This document shows, piece by piece, positions 41,876 to 51,771 of a DNA stretch of 64,000 nucleotides (position 1 is the first letter of the stretch; each line of letters begins with the position of its first letter). The notes under the pieces are model-generated. The model did no database searches. It was given only the letters and a program-made list of their open reading frames with translations, and had not been told where the DNA came from. Made by a program: the position numbers and the translations under genes. The DNA is from Andalucia godoyi And28 (taxonomy: Eukaryota > Protista > Jakobida): positions 257,315 to 321,314 of the forward strand of contig VRVR01000003.1 of NCBI GenBank assembly GCA_009859145.1. The letters run 5' to 3'.

Positions 41876-43198
41876 TCACCGCTTCTTCCCCAACAAACCT
41901 GCCAATTCTTTTCTTTTAGCTTCCCAGTCAATCATATGTTGTTTTCGGTGATCACTGTCGAGTGAATTCCATGCCGACTCAAACCGGCCAAAATATTCTC
42001 GTGCGTCTGCTTCACGGTCCAAGTTATACAAGAAACAGCAGAAATTATGCAGAGCAGGGAGATTGTTTGGATCGAGAGACACGCACCGCTCATACGCAGC
42101 GACCGCGTTCTGCATGTCGTCAAGCCGGGACAATGCAAGCGCCAGATACGAAAACGCAGGTGCATAGTCTGGTTTCTGGTTGATCGTTGCAGACAGATAA
42201 TGAAACGCGGAGCAAAACTGAGACGTGTTCAGATACAAAAGACCCAGATTGAACGATATGATCCATTCAAGAGGAGAGAACAGCAATGCCCGCTTTAGGC
42301 AAGCGATTGCAGCAACGTAGTTTTGTTTAGAGAAAAAGGCCATTCCGATGTTGTTCCACAGCTGGCAAGACATTGCATAGTTCGCTCCAGAGTTCAGAGA
42401 AGACAAAAGCTCATCGAGATTTTCAGCATGTCCAGAAGAGCCCGCCAGGGTGGACACGGGTTTCCTGTCCTCAAAGTTTGACGGCCAAGCGGCAGCAAGG
42501 ATTCTGTATTTGTGCAATGCAACATCAGATTCCTGGTGATCTTGCAGAACTGATCCTGCACCCAAAATTGCCCGTGGATGTCGCGGATCAATAGTCAAGG
42601 CTTGACCCAGATGCGAAAAGGCCTTGTCGCTCTGATTCAGTCTCAGGTAGACGAGACCTAGCGCAGTTAAAATTTCAGGAGATTCGGGAGCAAACTCTAA
42701 AGCTTCCGTTAAAGTCTCAACGGCCTGGTCCGCACTGTCCTTTTGTATGTACAATCGAGCAAGCGCAAGGAACGTAGATTCGTGTTTTGCTGATAGATTC
42801 GCGCGAACGAAATACTCTTCCGCAGAATCAAGGTTTCCCATATGCTGGCAACATATGCCGGAGTAATGCAACGATTCCCAGTCGTCGTCTAGAATGGTCA
42901 TTGCTTCAGCGTACACATCGAGTGCCTGTTGATGTCTTCCGAGTAGAAAAAGAGACCGTCCAATTTGCTTAATTGTTCGAAACGAGTGTGGATTCATGGC
43001 GGCCACTGACTGGAACAAGGATAGCGATTCAACAAGCTTGCCTTGCTCTCGGTACACCAAAGCCTTTGTGTACAATGCTTGTTCATTCGGTCCTTCGCGA
43101 AGCGTCTCCTCCACTTGACTTAAGCATCCCTCGAAGTCTCTTTTTAAAAACAATCGGTGAATTGTTCCATTCCGCCTATCTCTCAGCTTGCTATTCAT
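41876..43198 (-). CDS. BBS4: Bardet-Biedl syndrome 4 protein (BBSome TPR subunit)
   Basis: TPR protein with IHRLFLKRDFEGC, SVLQDHQESDVAL.KYR and LWNNIGMAFF..QNYVAAIACLKRA. Confidence 0.9.
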   Translation of the reverse strand: MNSKLRDRRNGTIHRLFLKRDFEGCLSQVEETLREGPNEQALYTKALVYREQGKLVESLSLFQSVAAMNPHSFRTIKQIGRSLFLLGRHQQALDVYAEAMTILDDDWESLHYSGICCQHMGNLDSAEEYFVRANLSAKHESTFLALARLYIQKDSADQAVETLTEALEFAPESPEILTALGLVYLRLNQSDKAFSHLGQALTIDPRHPRAILGAGSVLQDHQESDVALHKYRILAAAWPSNFEDRKPVSTLAGSSGHAENLDELLSSLNSGANYAMSCQLWNNIGMAFFSKQNYVAAIACLKRALLFSPLEWIISFNLGLLYLNTSQFCSAFHYLSATINQKPDYAPAFSYLALALSRLDDMQNAVAAYERCVSLDPNNLPALHNFCCFLYNLDREADAREYFGRFESAWNSLDSDHRKQHMIDWEAKRKELAGLLGKKR

Positions 43199-43572
43199 GT
43201 GAAATTCACCGGCAATAACCTGTAAAACTCTGTCCTTGCTCCGCAGTCCTCAGTCGCACGAAAGAAACACCCCAAACGCATCAAAAACCTCGGCTTTCCC
43301 ACAACCATTCGGAGTGGTCGGATTGGTTCTCTGTCATCGTAGCATCAAGAGCTGAAGACCATTTCCCGCCTGCCGTCAGTTCGCTGACCAGTCTGTACCG
43401 TACTGTAAAGAAATTATAGAAGAAAACAACGATCAGAAAAAAGTGTTTGATTCTGCGCAAGCAACAAACTCGAGCAAGGGCATAGAAAAGGTTTTGTTTT
43501 GAGTTTGTCATTATAATAACTATTATTATTATTACAAATCAGTTTCTTATTTGAACAGCAAAAGAGGCTGCC

Positions 43573-46500
43573 GTGCACAGACATGTCATCGGTAGATGCG
43601 CTTTTGAAGAAATGCTGTATGTCTTTGAACTGCATTCGAACAATGCTGGTTGTTTATCCTTTATTGTATTGCTCACTCCTTCGGTTGCAGGTCATGAAAT
43701 TGCAGAAATTGCTGGTCGTGCACATGCGTCCTTGCTTTTCAAAGTCCAGAACCACATTATCAGTCAGGATGATATTCTACGTTCCCCTGTGTATCCAGAC
43801 TTTCTGAATGCATTCAACGAAGATGCCATCCCCCGGCATTCGCCGCTCCTAAATCTCTCTGCGCAGACAGTGGGTATTGAAGAGGATATCATCAGAGCGA
43901 ATAGTGCGATACCAATAACAAGCCAAGTTTCCAGAGCTAAATTCTCTGCTGCTGACAGCGCACTTTTATTGGCGGATCTAGGAGAAGACGACAGACTGTT
44001 CATCCGCGACTTGGAATTGAAACTGCAGATGAGAACATCCATCTATCCCTCTCGTGCGCTTCGACTGCTGCGAGACTGTGCACTGATGGATTTTCCTGTC
44101 GAAAACTTAAAAAGATGCCTGTCTCTCGTGGATCCTGCGTCTTCTGATGTAGCCCTGGAAATCCTACTGGATGGGCTCGTCATGTCAAACTGCAAGCTAT
44201 CGTTGACAGACCACCAACTTGCGTCCATCATCAAGATTGCATCGCGTCGACGAGATCCACTGTCTATCGCCGTTTTCTCTCTCTGTCGATCCCAATTCTC
44301 GGTCGAACAGCTTTTGGAGCATTTTCCTTTCGACGACCTTCATGTTCAGCGTCCGTTCCTCGACGCCCTGATTACCCTCGGCACGTCTGCAACAGACCTT
44401 CTCACAAACAGATCCGTGGTCGATACAGCTGAAAGGATTGTGCTGCAATTGTTGATCTGTCCTTCCGATGTGTACAGATGGGGTGTGGAGGACCAGCTCG
44501 AGCGTTTTGCCATGCTGTTTTCTCCTTCAACATTTGAATCTGTTCAATGTCTCAAACGGATTGCCGTTCCTTCTACAATATCTGAAAGAGTGGCTCGTTG
44601 CTGTGCCTTGGCGGATGATTCGCTCGTACAAGCCTTACTTCAAGACTTGCTATTGGAGTGGATTGAGTCAATCATCACAGATGTTGCTGGTGCAGAGCAA
44701 GCTGCAAAGATGCGTGATCTTGTCCTTTTCGCATTTCACAGATGGTCTGACAGACTTGACGCCGTATTGCTTCCCACCCTGCTGTCCCTCCCACCGTCAA
44801 CTGCCAGCTTCGTTGCGGAGTTTTTGATTTCTTATTCTTCGTGTTTGTGGGCCGCACCGATGGTTGCAGAATGGTCACTTCAGAAGCCTGTTGGACAGAC
44901 TGCAGATTTCATGCACCCTTCATGGATGTGTGTTTTGGCATCACCTCATACTCCGAAGAGCCTTCGGGGACAAATTTTGGCAAGCTGGGCAAAATTGGCG
45001 AAATCCAATATTCCCGAACTCCGATGTTTATTGTTTTGTGCTGGAATGAGCACGTCCCCATTGCTTCAGCAGTGTGTCAACACCCTTGCACCAGAGCTGC
45101 CATCACCGCCTTGGACGACTGGCAGCGAGATAGACAATTCATCTGACATTGGCTCGTTTCCTTCGGAGCGAGCTCTATCATCGTCAGACGTTGATATTCA
45201 GGTATCCATACTGAGTTCTGAAACATGTTCAGACACGTGGCCGTCTGCGTTGATGCTGCTTTCCAGTTGCTCATACCATGTCACTCCTGCTCTTTTCACA
45301 ATTGTGCTTCAGCATGTGGTGTCTGGCACGCCCGGGATTCTTAAACTCGTGGAAGGTCGTCTGTCAGCAGATCAAAGTTTGTGGGATTCTCAGCACATCA
45401 TTCACTGGTCAACGGCTGTCGTGCAAGCTGCACGAGATGGGAGGATGGAGAGATCTGAGTTAGAGCGACTGTGTTATTTGGTGGGGCGAAAGGCCACACT
45501 GGCATTTCTATATCCAACTGCGCGTGAGCAGTATTGTGTCGGCCAGCGAAAGGAGATGACAGCCGCTTGGACGTTTGGGACAGATGCGGAGCGTCTGCTG
45601 CAGTCTGCGTCTCCGCTCCTTCATTTGCTCTCTCCGTTCCTGACGAGTCTGCAAAAAGTATCGGCGATGCTAAGTGAAACTCTCCCGGTTTGTTCATCAA
45701 TCGTTCCTGTGGAATGGAAACAGAGTTGCGATGACGTTGTTGATGTTTATGGCATGCGAGCATGCCTTGTTGTGCAGGATATTCCAGTACTAGATGTGTG
45801 GGGCTTCATTCCTATGGGGAACGTGTCGTCTTTCAATCGCTGTACCCTGCAGTTGTACTGTGCCTTGCTCCGGCGAAGCAAGCCGTCACGTTCATTTTTC
45901 GCTGATCAACAGTCGGTGGAATTGAGATTCACCGAGGTTGGACATGACTACGCACTGCAGTGTCTCTGGACAGAATTTGTAATCCAACTTTGCCTGAGCG
46001 AGTCCGTCTCATCTCAGTTGGCACAGTATGCGCTTCGAATAACCATTGAGCGATGGACTGTTGCCGATCCAGTAGAACATCGAGGTCTGCGTCTCTCTCG
46101 ATTGCTGTCGATAGCGTCTGGTTTGCTAGATCAAAAGGATCCATCTTGGCGTACCTACAGCATCGGGGACGTCCCCGGTCTTGTTTCGGCTGTGTGCAAT
46201 GATGTGCATTGCGAGGTTGCTTGCGATGCTCTATTCTGCTGTCTTGAACATTTTGGTCCCCCCGTTTCCCATCTCTTGATTCCGCTCATGCGAATGTGCG
46301 CGCGGACTGCTCCTGATCGAGTTCCGAACAATGTTCTGAGGTTGGTGCTGGAGGCGTTGTGTGTTGATCCAACACTCCAGCCCGGGCTTCCGTGTAAGTG
46401 GATTTCGCGAGCCTGTCGCCTTGTCTACCCGGATTCAGTAGCGTCGGTAATGAGGAATGCATGGGGCTCCGAGGTTTCGCCTCTTGAATCGGAAGAATGG

Positions 46501-47445
46501 TCTCGATGGTGTGCTGTGGTTCTGCCTTCATTTTCTGAAAATGACGAAATGAAGCAGATGGTGGATCGCATAGAGAAGATTGCTGCAAACTTGATAAGAA
46601 CTCTGGGAACTCAGAAATCCAGAAAGGGCGCCATGGCAGAAATTTCTGCGCAGCAGAAGACTGCAGTGTGGGGCAAGCAGTTGTGTGTATTGCTGCGGTC
46701 TTCTTCGATGTCGCTGCTGAGTCCGAAACTCATCACTGAGTTGCGTTCGATATCTGTCAAGTCATCAGACCACTGGGCTGTCGAACTGCGCTCTGCATTG
46801 GTGGGGACCTTGGCGGATGTTGTGGAGTGCAGACTGGAAAGGGTGGCAGTGTACTGGTTTCTCAAACGGTTTTCCGCGGCGGACAGACCGAAACCAGAGG
46901 TCATTCGAAAGTTGTGTGATCTCACCATCGGCTTTCTCTCAAATAGGAATGTTAACCTTGTTCAGGCATGTATACTCATCATTTCGCGACTGACGTTTGC
47001 TTCTCCGCAGCACGTTCGAGACCTATTAATGTATGGACAACTCCCGCTCATCCTGCAGTCAATCATTGAGGCGCCTTTCGTTCCAGTTACATGTTATTTG
47101 CTGTTTTCTTGCAGAAATCTCTTTCTAACAGAACCATCCAAGAGTGTCTTTTTGTTGCAAGAATCAGTGATCAACCGGTTCATTGAGAATCTGGATTCTT
47201 CTGCTCCAGCCGATTTTCTTGCGGTCAGTGCATCTCTCTCTCTCTTCTATGTTTTCCTGCTGAGCTCTGAAAAAACCCGCAGCCTTTTCAAAAGTAATTG
47301 TCCGTCGATCTTGTCAGTGCTTCTTCGGTTGGAGAAGAAATTTGGTGGGAGTTCAGACATTACCTTGCTGGGAACCTCTCGAGCTGTTGAATGCGATTCT
47401 TTGTCGATAGATCAGTGGGTGCAAAGTCTGCGAACGATCCTCTAG
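43573..47445 (+). CDS. Large ARM/HEAT-like helical protein of unknown function
   Basis: 1290 aa uninterrupted Leu-rich ORF; no family recognised. Confidence 0.7.
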   Translation: MHRHVIGRCAFEEMLYVFELHSNNAGCLSFIVLLTPSVAGHEIAEIAGRAHASLLFKVQNHIISQDDILRSPVYPDFLNAFNEDAIPRHSPLLNLSAQTVGIEEDIIRANSAIPITSQVSRAKFSAADSALLLADLGEDDRLFIRDLELKLQMRTSIYPSRALRLLRDCALMDFPVENLKRCLSLVDPASSDVALEILLDGLVMSNCKLSLTDHQLASIIKIASRRRDPLSIAVFSLCRSQFSVEQLLEHFPFDDLHVQRPFLDALITLGTSATDLLTNRSVVDTAERIVLQLLICPSDVYRWGVEDQLERFAMLFSPSTFESVQCLKRIAVPSTISERVARCCALADDSLVQALLQDLLLEWIESIITDVAGAEQAAKMRDLVLFAFHRWSDRLDAVLLPTLLSLPPSTASFVAEFLISYSSCLWAAPMVAEWSLQKPVGQTADFMHPSWMCVLASPHTPKSLRGQILASWAKLAKSNIPELRCLLFCAGMSTSPLLQQCVNTLAPELPSPPWTTGSEIDNSSDIGSFPSERALSSSDVDIQVSILSSETCSDTWPSALMLLSSCSYHVTPALFTIVLQHVVSGTPGILKLVEGRLSADQSLWDSQHIIHWSTAVVQAARDGRMERSELERLCYLVGRKATLAFLYPTAREQYCVGQRKEMTAAWTFGTDAERLLQSASPLLHLLSPFLTSLQKVSAMLSETLPVCSSIVPVEWKQSCDDVVDVYGMRACLVVQDIPVLDVWGFIPMGNVSSFNRCTLQLYCALLRRSKPSRSFFADQQSVELRFTEVGHDYALQCLWTEFVIQLCLSESVSSQLAQYALRITIERWTVADPVEHRGLRLSRLLSIASGLLDQKDPSWRTYSIGDVPGLVSAVCNDVHCEVACDALFCCLEHFGPPVSHLLIPLMRMCARTAPDRVPNNVLRLVLEALCVDPTLQPGLPCKWISRACRLVYPDSVASVMRNAWGSEVSPLESEEWSRWCAVVLPSFSENDEMKQMVDRIEKIAANLIRTLGTQKSRKGAMAEISAQQKTAVWGKQLCVLLRSSSMSLLSPKLITELRSISVKSSDHWAVELRSALVGTLADVVECRLERVAVYWFLKRFSAADRPKPEVIRKLCDLTIGFLSNRNVNLVQACILIISRLTFASPQHVRDLLMYGQLPLILQSIIEAPFVPVTCYLLFSCRNLFLTEPSKSVFLLQESVINRFIENLDSSAPADFLAVSASLSLFYVFLLSSEKTRSLFKSNCPSILSVLLRLEKKFGGSSDITLLGTSRAVECDSLSIDQWVQSLRTIL

Positions 47446-47846
47446 CTCCGGTCGTATTGCCTGTTTAATGTATGCATCGAAATTCCAACCAGCCAAACCG
47501 TGTCTCTCCAATAATACTGCAGCGAACGCGGTGTTTGCCTGGATATGGGCCCAATGGCAAAGACATGGCCTTTTTCGTTTTTTTTTTTTTTTTTGAGGTG
47601 TCGCGTCTTTGTAGCAGTGGAGTGTCAGCATGGTGAGGTTGAATGGCTTCGCACATTATTTTGATCAATGGCGAGTTACAATCGACGAACAGTGCAGAAT
47701 AAACTTCTTTGGCTTCATAGTTTTCAGCATCCCAGTTGGCCGTAGGCATATTTTCTTTTGTTAAGAACGTCTCTGAGCTCACACTCGAAAATTGCAACGC
47801 AAGAAACTACAAATATTCTTTACTACCATTAGTTGGACATTGCCGG

Positions 47847-48101
47847 CTAGACAGCAATTTTGGGGGTATTGTTCAATGAACCTTCTGTTGATGGTGGAGA
47901 TTGTTCCGAAGCTTCCTGGTGACCAACAATCGCATCCAGAAGAGGATGATGGATAAGGGACATGGAAGACTCTAATCTCCTCACAAATCCAGAAAGTCGC
48001 GAAACAGAGGCATTCAACAGAACAATCTTGTCATTCATCGAATGGATAGCCGTTGAAAGAGCCCCAAAAGCTTCAAGGGAGGCGACTTGATCTGTATCCA
48101 T
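47847..48101 (-). CDS. Small coiled-coil hypothetical protein (84 aa)
   Basis: ATG at 48101 follows an AT-rich leader; the N-terminal half has a heptad-like pattern. Confidence 0.5.
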   Translation of the reverse strand: MDTDQVASLEAFGALSTAIHSMNDKIVLLNASVSRLSGFVRRLESSMSLIHHPLLDAIVGHQEASEQSPPSTEGSLNNTPKIAV

Positions 48102-48403
48102 CTGAATGCAGCAGTAAGGACTCGAAAAATACAGAAGAAAACGGAATTCACAAAACCAAAGAACAAAAGGATTTGGCGGGGAAATCCCCAAAACAGGGAA
48201 AGGGTCATACAAACAGAAAAGGGTACAGTTGCTCTTCGAAAGCTCGGAAAGAGAGATGGATGCACGAGCTGCAGCAGGAAGTGCGGTGGATGTACCGGTA
48301 GGTATGTGACGAAAAAATTTCCAAAAAAACCGGAGAATGTCGCCGAGAAAACACAAAACGGTCGGGGGGAGGGAATCGGTAGAGTATGCTGCAATGATCC
48401 CGT

Positions 48404-49516
48404 TTATGACACACTGGCTACTTTGGTTCCTTCGCCATCTTTGGAGGGATACAACATCAATTGAGGCGGGCGAACGTAGCAAACGCACACCACAGGATAT
48501 CCCAGTCGGCCCCGTTTGCAAATCATGCGGATGTTTCCCCAACGAAACGTTCCGTCCGTGCAAGCAATTCCCGCATCAAAATCAACAGAGGGGTGGAATG
48601 TGCTGACATCCGGAAACGCAAGGCATGCCTCCCAGATGGATCTGGTCACAGAAGAACGGTATAATTCCAATGAAAAGAGAGAGAAAGCAGAAATCCCAAG
48701 GCACGTCAACGTTTCAGAAGACCATCCGAAAGCTTGCGAGAACGCAGCGTTCACACTTAGGACGTCTGTGGTAGGAACATCATCACCATCTTGAACAGAA
48801 GAGCCTCCAGAAACAGAACCACTACTGTCAGCACACCCCTTCGCTGCCTGATTACTCCCATTCATATCTGCTGCTGCATTACTACTACCGTCACCCTTCA
48901 ACGGCGCTGATTGAACATCGTCACCGCGGGCTGCCGATCTCCGAATCGCATCCACATGTCCAGAGTCGAATATGCCTGATGCTTGAATTGGAAAGCGAAA
49001 AACAAGAGCTGGGAGCGGCGAGTCCGCAATCTCTGGAACTTCGCCATCGATTTCCACGCCTTTTGCATTGAACTTATCCATGAAACCGAAATCCAGCTGT
49101 TGTTCCGAAAAAGGCTTTCCTGTTCGAGCTTGCCAGGTTGCTCTGAACACTACAGAATTCCTCATATGTTCCAAGATACGATTTTTGAAAGCAACCCGTA
49201 CATCTGAGAATGGAACAGACGGGTGGAAAGCCATAGGCTGTGGAATAAATGGACGAAGCGCAGGATCCGAATAGTCCTCTGCAGCATGCAGGTGAGACTG
49301 GAACTGCGCCTGAGGGTGAGAGCCAGGTGTCGCATTGAGACCCCGCGACCCACCAGCTGCGGGAGAAGGCTGATTTGCAGACGACTGCTTCTGCGGATGC
49401 ACTACCGGAAGAGCATTTCCGTATGGAAACCGAATTGCAGACTGCGGCTGCGGAACGCGGTGTCTCTTTTCATCCGCAACATTGGCGGAGGATGGGACGC
49501 CACGGGACGCTGACAT
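48404..49516 (-). CDS. Hypothetical protein with a possible C-terminal PAS-like domain
   Basis: VLSVNAAFSQAFGWSSETL resembles the N.AF...FGY..EEL start of a PAS domain. Confidence 0.55.
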   Translation of the reverse strand: MSASRGVPSSANVADEKRHRVPQPQSAIRFPYGNALPVVHPQKQSSANQPSPAAGGSRGLNATPGSHPQAQFQSHLHAAEDYSDPALRPFIPQPMAFHPSVPFSDVRVAFKNRILEHMRNSVVFRATWQARTGKPFSEQQLDFGFMDKFNAKGVEIDGEVPEIADSPLPALVFRFPIQASGIFDSGHVDAIRRSAARGDDVQSAPLKGDGSSNAAADMNGSNQAAKGCADSSGSVSGGSSVQDGDDVPTTDVLSVNAAFSQAFGWSSETLTCLGISAFSLFSLELYRSSVTRSIWEACLAFPDVSTFHPSVDFDAGIACTDGTFRWGNIRMICKRGRLGYPVVCVCYVRPPQLMLYPSKDGEGTKVASVS

Positions 49517-50076
49517 TGCAGATTCTTTTAAATCTAAAGGATATCCAGAACGTGTTCCTGACTATTTCCTTTTCGGTTTTTATTACTTTTTTTTTCTTTT
49601 TCCTTTTTGGCGCGTGAAACAGAGAACGAGAAAAGGCAAACAAAGACAAAAACATCAAAAATAAAAAATGGACGAGAAAAACAAAAGGAGAACGTCGTTT
49701 GTGTCGACAAGCATCGACAGCTGCAGCGCGGAGTTTTCAGTCCTTCCCTTCCAGGCTCCAGACAAGGGACGGTGCGTGCCTTGTTGGTTTTTAATTTTCG
49801 ATTCCCATTTGTTGATCTTCGCAAGTCTTTATTACTGATTTTGAGTTCGGATCTCTTTTAATGCCCCCAAAACGAAAAAGGGATCCTAGTTATTCCGATC
49901 ATGATGATCAAGAAATTGAGCAGCTGCTACGTCAACGAAGCCAGCATCGAATTTCTCTCGTATGATTTCTCTTCTCTATGTGGATTTTTTGATTCATTTT
50001 TGATTGTGCTTTGCTTGTGTACAATGTACATTTCTCATTAACAAATTTATGAGTATCATTGCAATAGCCTATCTCA

Positions 50077-51771
50077 GTGGAGGGTTTAGTCGATGAGAGG
50101 AGGAAACGCCAAAATGATATCTTTTCCTTTTTGAAGAGTCCGGAATCTGCAATCGATCGAGCGACTGCGTCTGCGACTGCAAGTAGCAGGCTCTCAACGA
50201 CTTTGGATCATGCAATGGATGCGAACGATGCCTCTGTAATCAGTAAGGAGGAATTAGATATTTTAAGAGGCGCATACCTGGGGGACGAGCGTCAAAATCT
50301 CAGTGCCTCCTCTTCACAGGATCGCACGAATCGTGTTCGTTTTGGCTGGGATCCGGCGGATGATACCATGCAAACAGGGCTCAATCTATCTGCATTCTTG
50401 CGTTCCACCGTGAGACCGGCTCTGTCCCACGACCCGTTGCTGGATGATGCTAGTGACATGGGCGTCTCTTGTTGGGATAAGTCTCTTGCTAGGATGCGAG
50501 ATCGAGACTGGCGCATTCTTCGTGAGGAGCTGAATTTGACTGTGAAGGGTCTGCAAGTGCCCCCTCTTTGCCGTTCTTGGTCTGAAATGCCGGTCTCGGA
50601 TCGCATCATTGCTGCAGTGACAAGTGAATTCAAGTATGATGTTCCTACTCCGATACAGATGCAGGCGATACCCATTCTTGCATCACAAAAGGATCTCATT
50701 GGAATTGCAGAGACGGGTACTGGAAAGACCCTCGCGTACATCATTCCAATGGTATCGCAAATTTTGCAACGCAGAAATCAGTCCAACTTGGAAAAGTTCT
50801 CTGCACTTATTCTTGCACCCACGCGAGAACTTGTACTTCAGATTGAACAAGAAGCAAATCGACTATGTTCTCGCTTCGGCATTATATGTCTGTCAGTTCT
50901 TGGCGGAGTTGATATTCAAAGTCAAAGCATTGCGCTTCAGCATGGCTGTCAGGTGGTGGTCGCTACTCCGGGCCGTCTTCTAGAATGCTACCAGTCTCGA
51001 ATTTTGACGTTTGAGTGTTGCTCGTTTGTGGTCGTTGATGAAGTGGATCGCATGTTTGACATGGACATGGAAGCTCAGCTCACAAGTATCTTGGATTCCT
51101 TAAAGCATTCGACAATTGGGTCCGATATGTCTTCCCAAGTAATGTCCATGTTCTCCGCCACGATGCCGCCCAATATTGAAAAACTAGCGACGTCATTTAT
51201 GAAAGATGCGATCATGGTGTCTGTTGGGCAGATCGGTACCGCTGCGGAAACAATTCGGCAAAGGGTTGAATTTGTGAAGACGGAATCCGAGAAGATGGAG
51301 AAACTTATTCGTATCCTGGAAACGAGTCCTCCTCCAGTTGTTGTGTTTGCCAACCAAAGGAAGACAGTTGATGTTCTGTCTAGGGATCTGGACCGAAGAG
51401 GATTTTCTGTGTGCACACTGCATTCTGGGAAATCACAAGAACAAAGGCAAAAGGCCATTGACGATATCAAAAATGGCAAGTCACATGTGTTGGTTACAAC
51501 AAGCGTTGGTGGTCGAGGATTGGATATTCCGGGTATCACGCATGTGATAAACTACGACATGCCGATGAGGATTGATGAGTACGTGCAGAGAATTGGTCGA
51601 ACGGGCCGAGGAGGTTCACAGGGATCTGCCACCTCTTTTGTTATGCCTTCCGATTCCGCAATCCTGTTTGATTTGAAACAGATGCTCCTGCGAACGAACA
51701 ATCCAATTCCTCAGCAGCTTCGGTTGCATTCTGCGACTGTTCCTCGTGGTCAAAAATCCATTCGAGACTAG
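50077..51771 (+). CDS. PRP28: DEAD-box helicase Prp28/DDX23
   Basis: RFGWDPADDT, RDWRILREELNL, AETGTGKT, DEVD, SAT and YVQRIGRTGR motifs. Confidence 0.9.
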   Translation: MEGLVDERRKRQNDIFSFLKSPESAIDRATASATASSRLSTTLDHAMDANDASVISKEELDILRGAYLGDERQNLSASSSQDRTNRVRFGWDPADDTMQTGLNLSAFLRSTVRPALSHDPLLDDASDMGVSCWDKSLARMRDRDWRILREELNLTVKGLQVPPLCRSWSEMPVSDRIIAAVTSEFKYDVPTPIQMQAIPILASQKDLIGIAETGTGKTLAYIIPMVSQILQRRNQSNLEKFSALILAPTRELVLQIEQEANRLCSRFGIICLSVLGGVDIQSQSIALQHGCQVVVATPGRLLECYQSRILTFECCSFVVVDEVDRMFDMDMEAQLTSILDSLKHSTIGSDMSSQVMSMFSATMPPNIEKLATSFMKDAIMVSVGQIGTAAETIRQRVEFVKTESEKMEKLIRILETSPPPVVVFANQRKTVDVLSRDLDRRGFSVCTLHSGKSQEQRQKAIDDIKNGKSHVLVTTSVGGRGLDIPGITHVINYDMPMRIDEYVQRIGRTGRGGSQGSATSFVMPSDSAILFDLKQMLLRTNNPIPQQLRLHSATVPRGQKSIRD

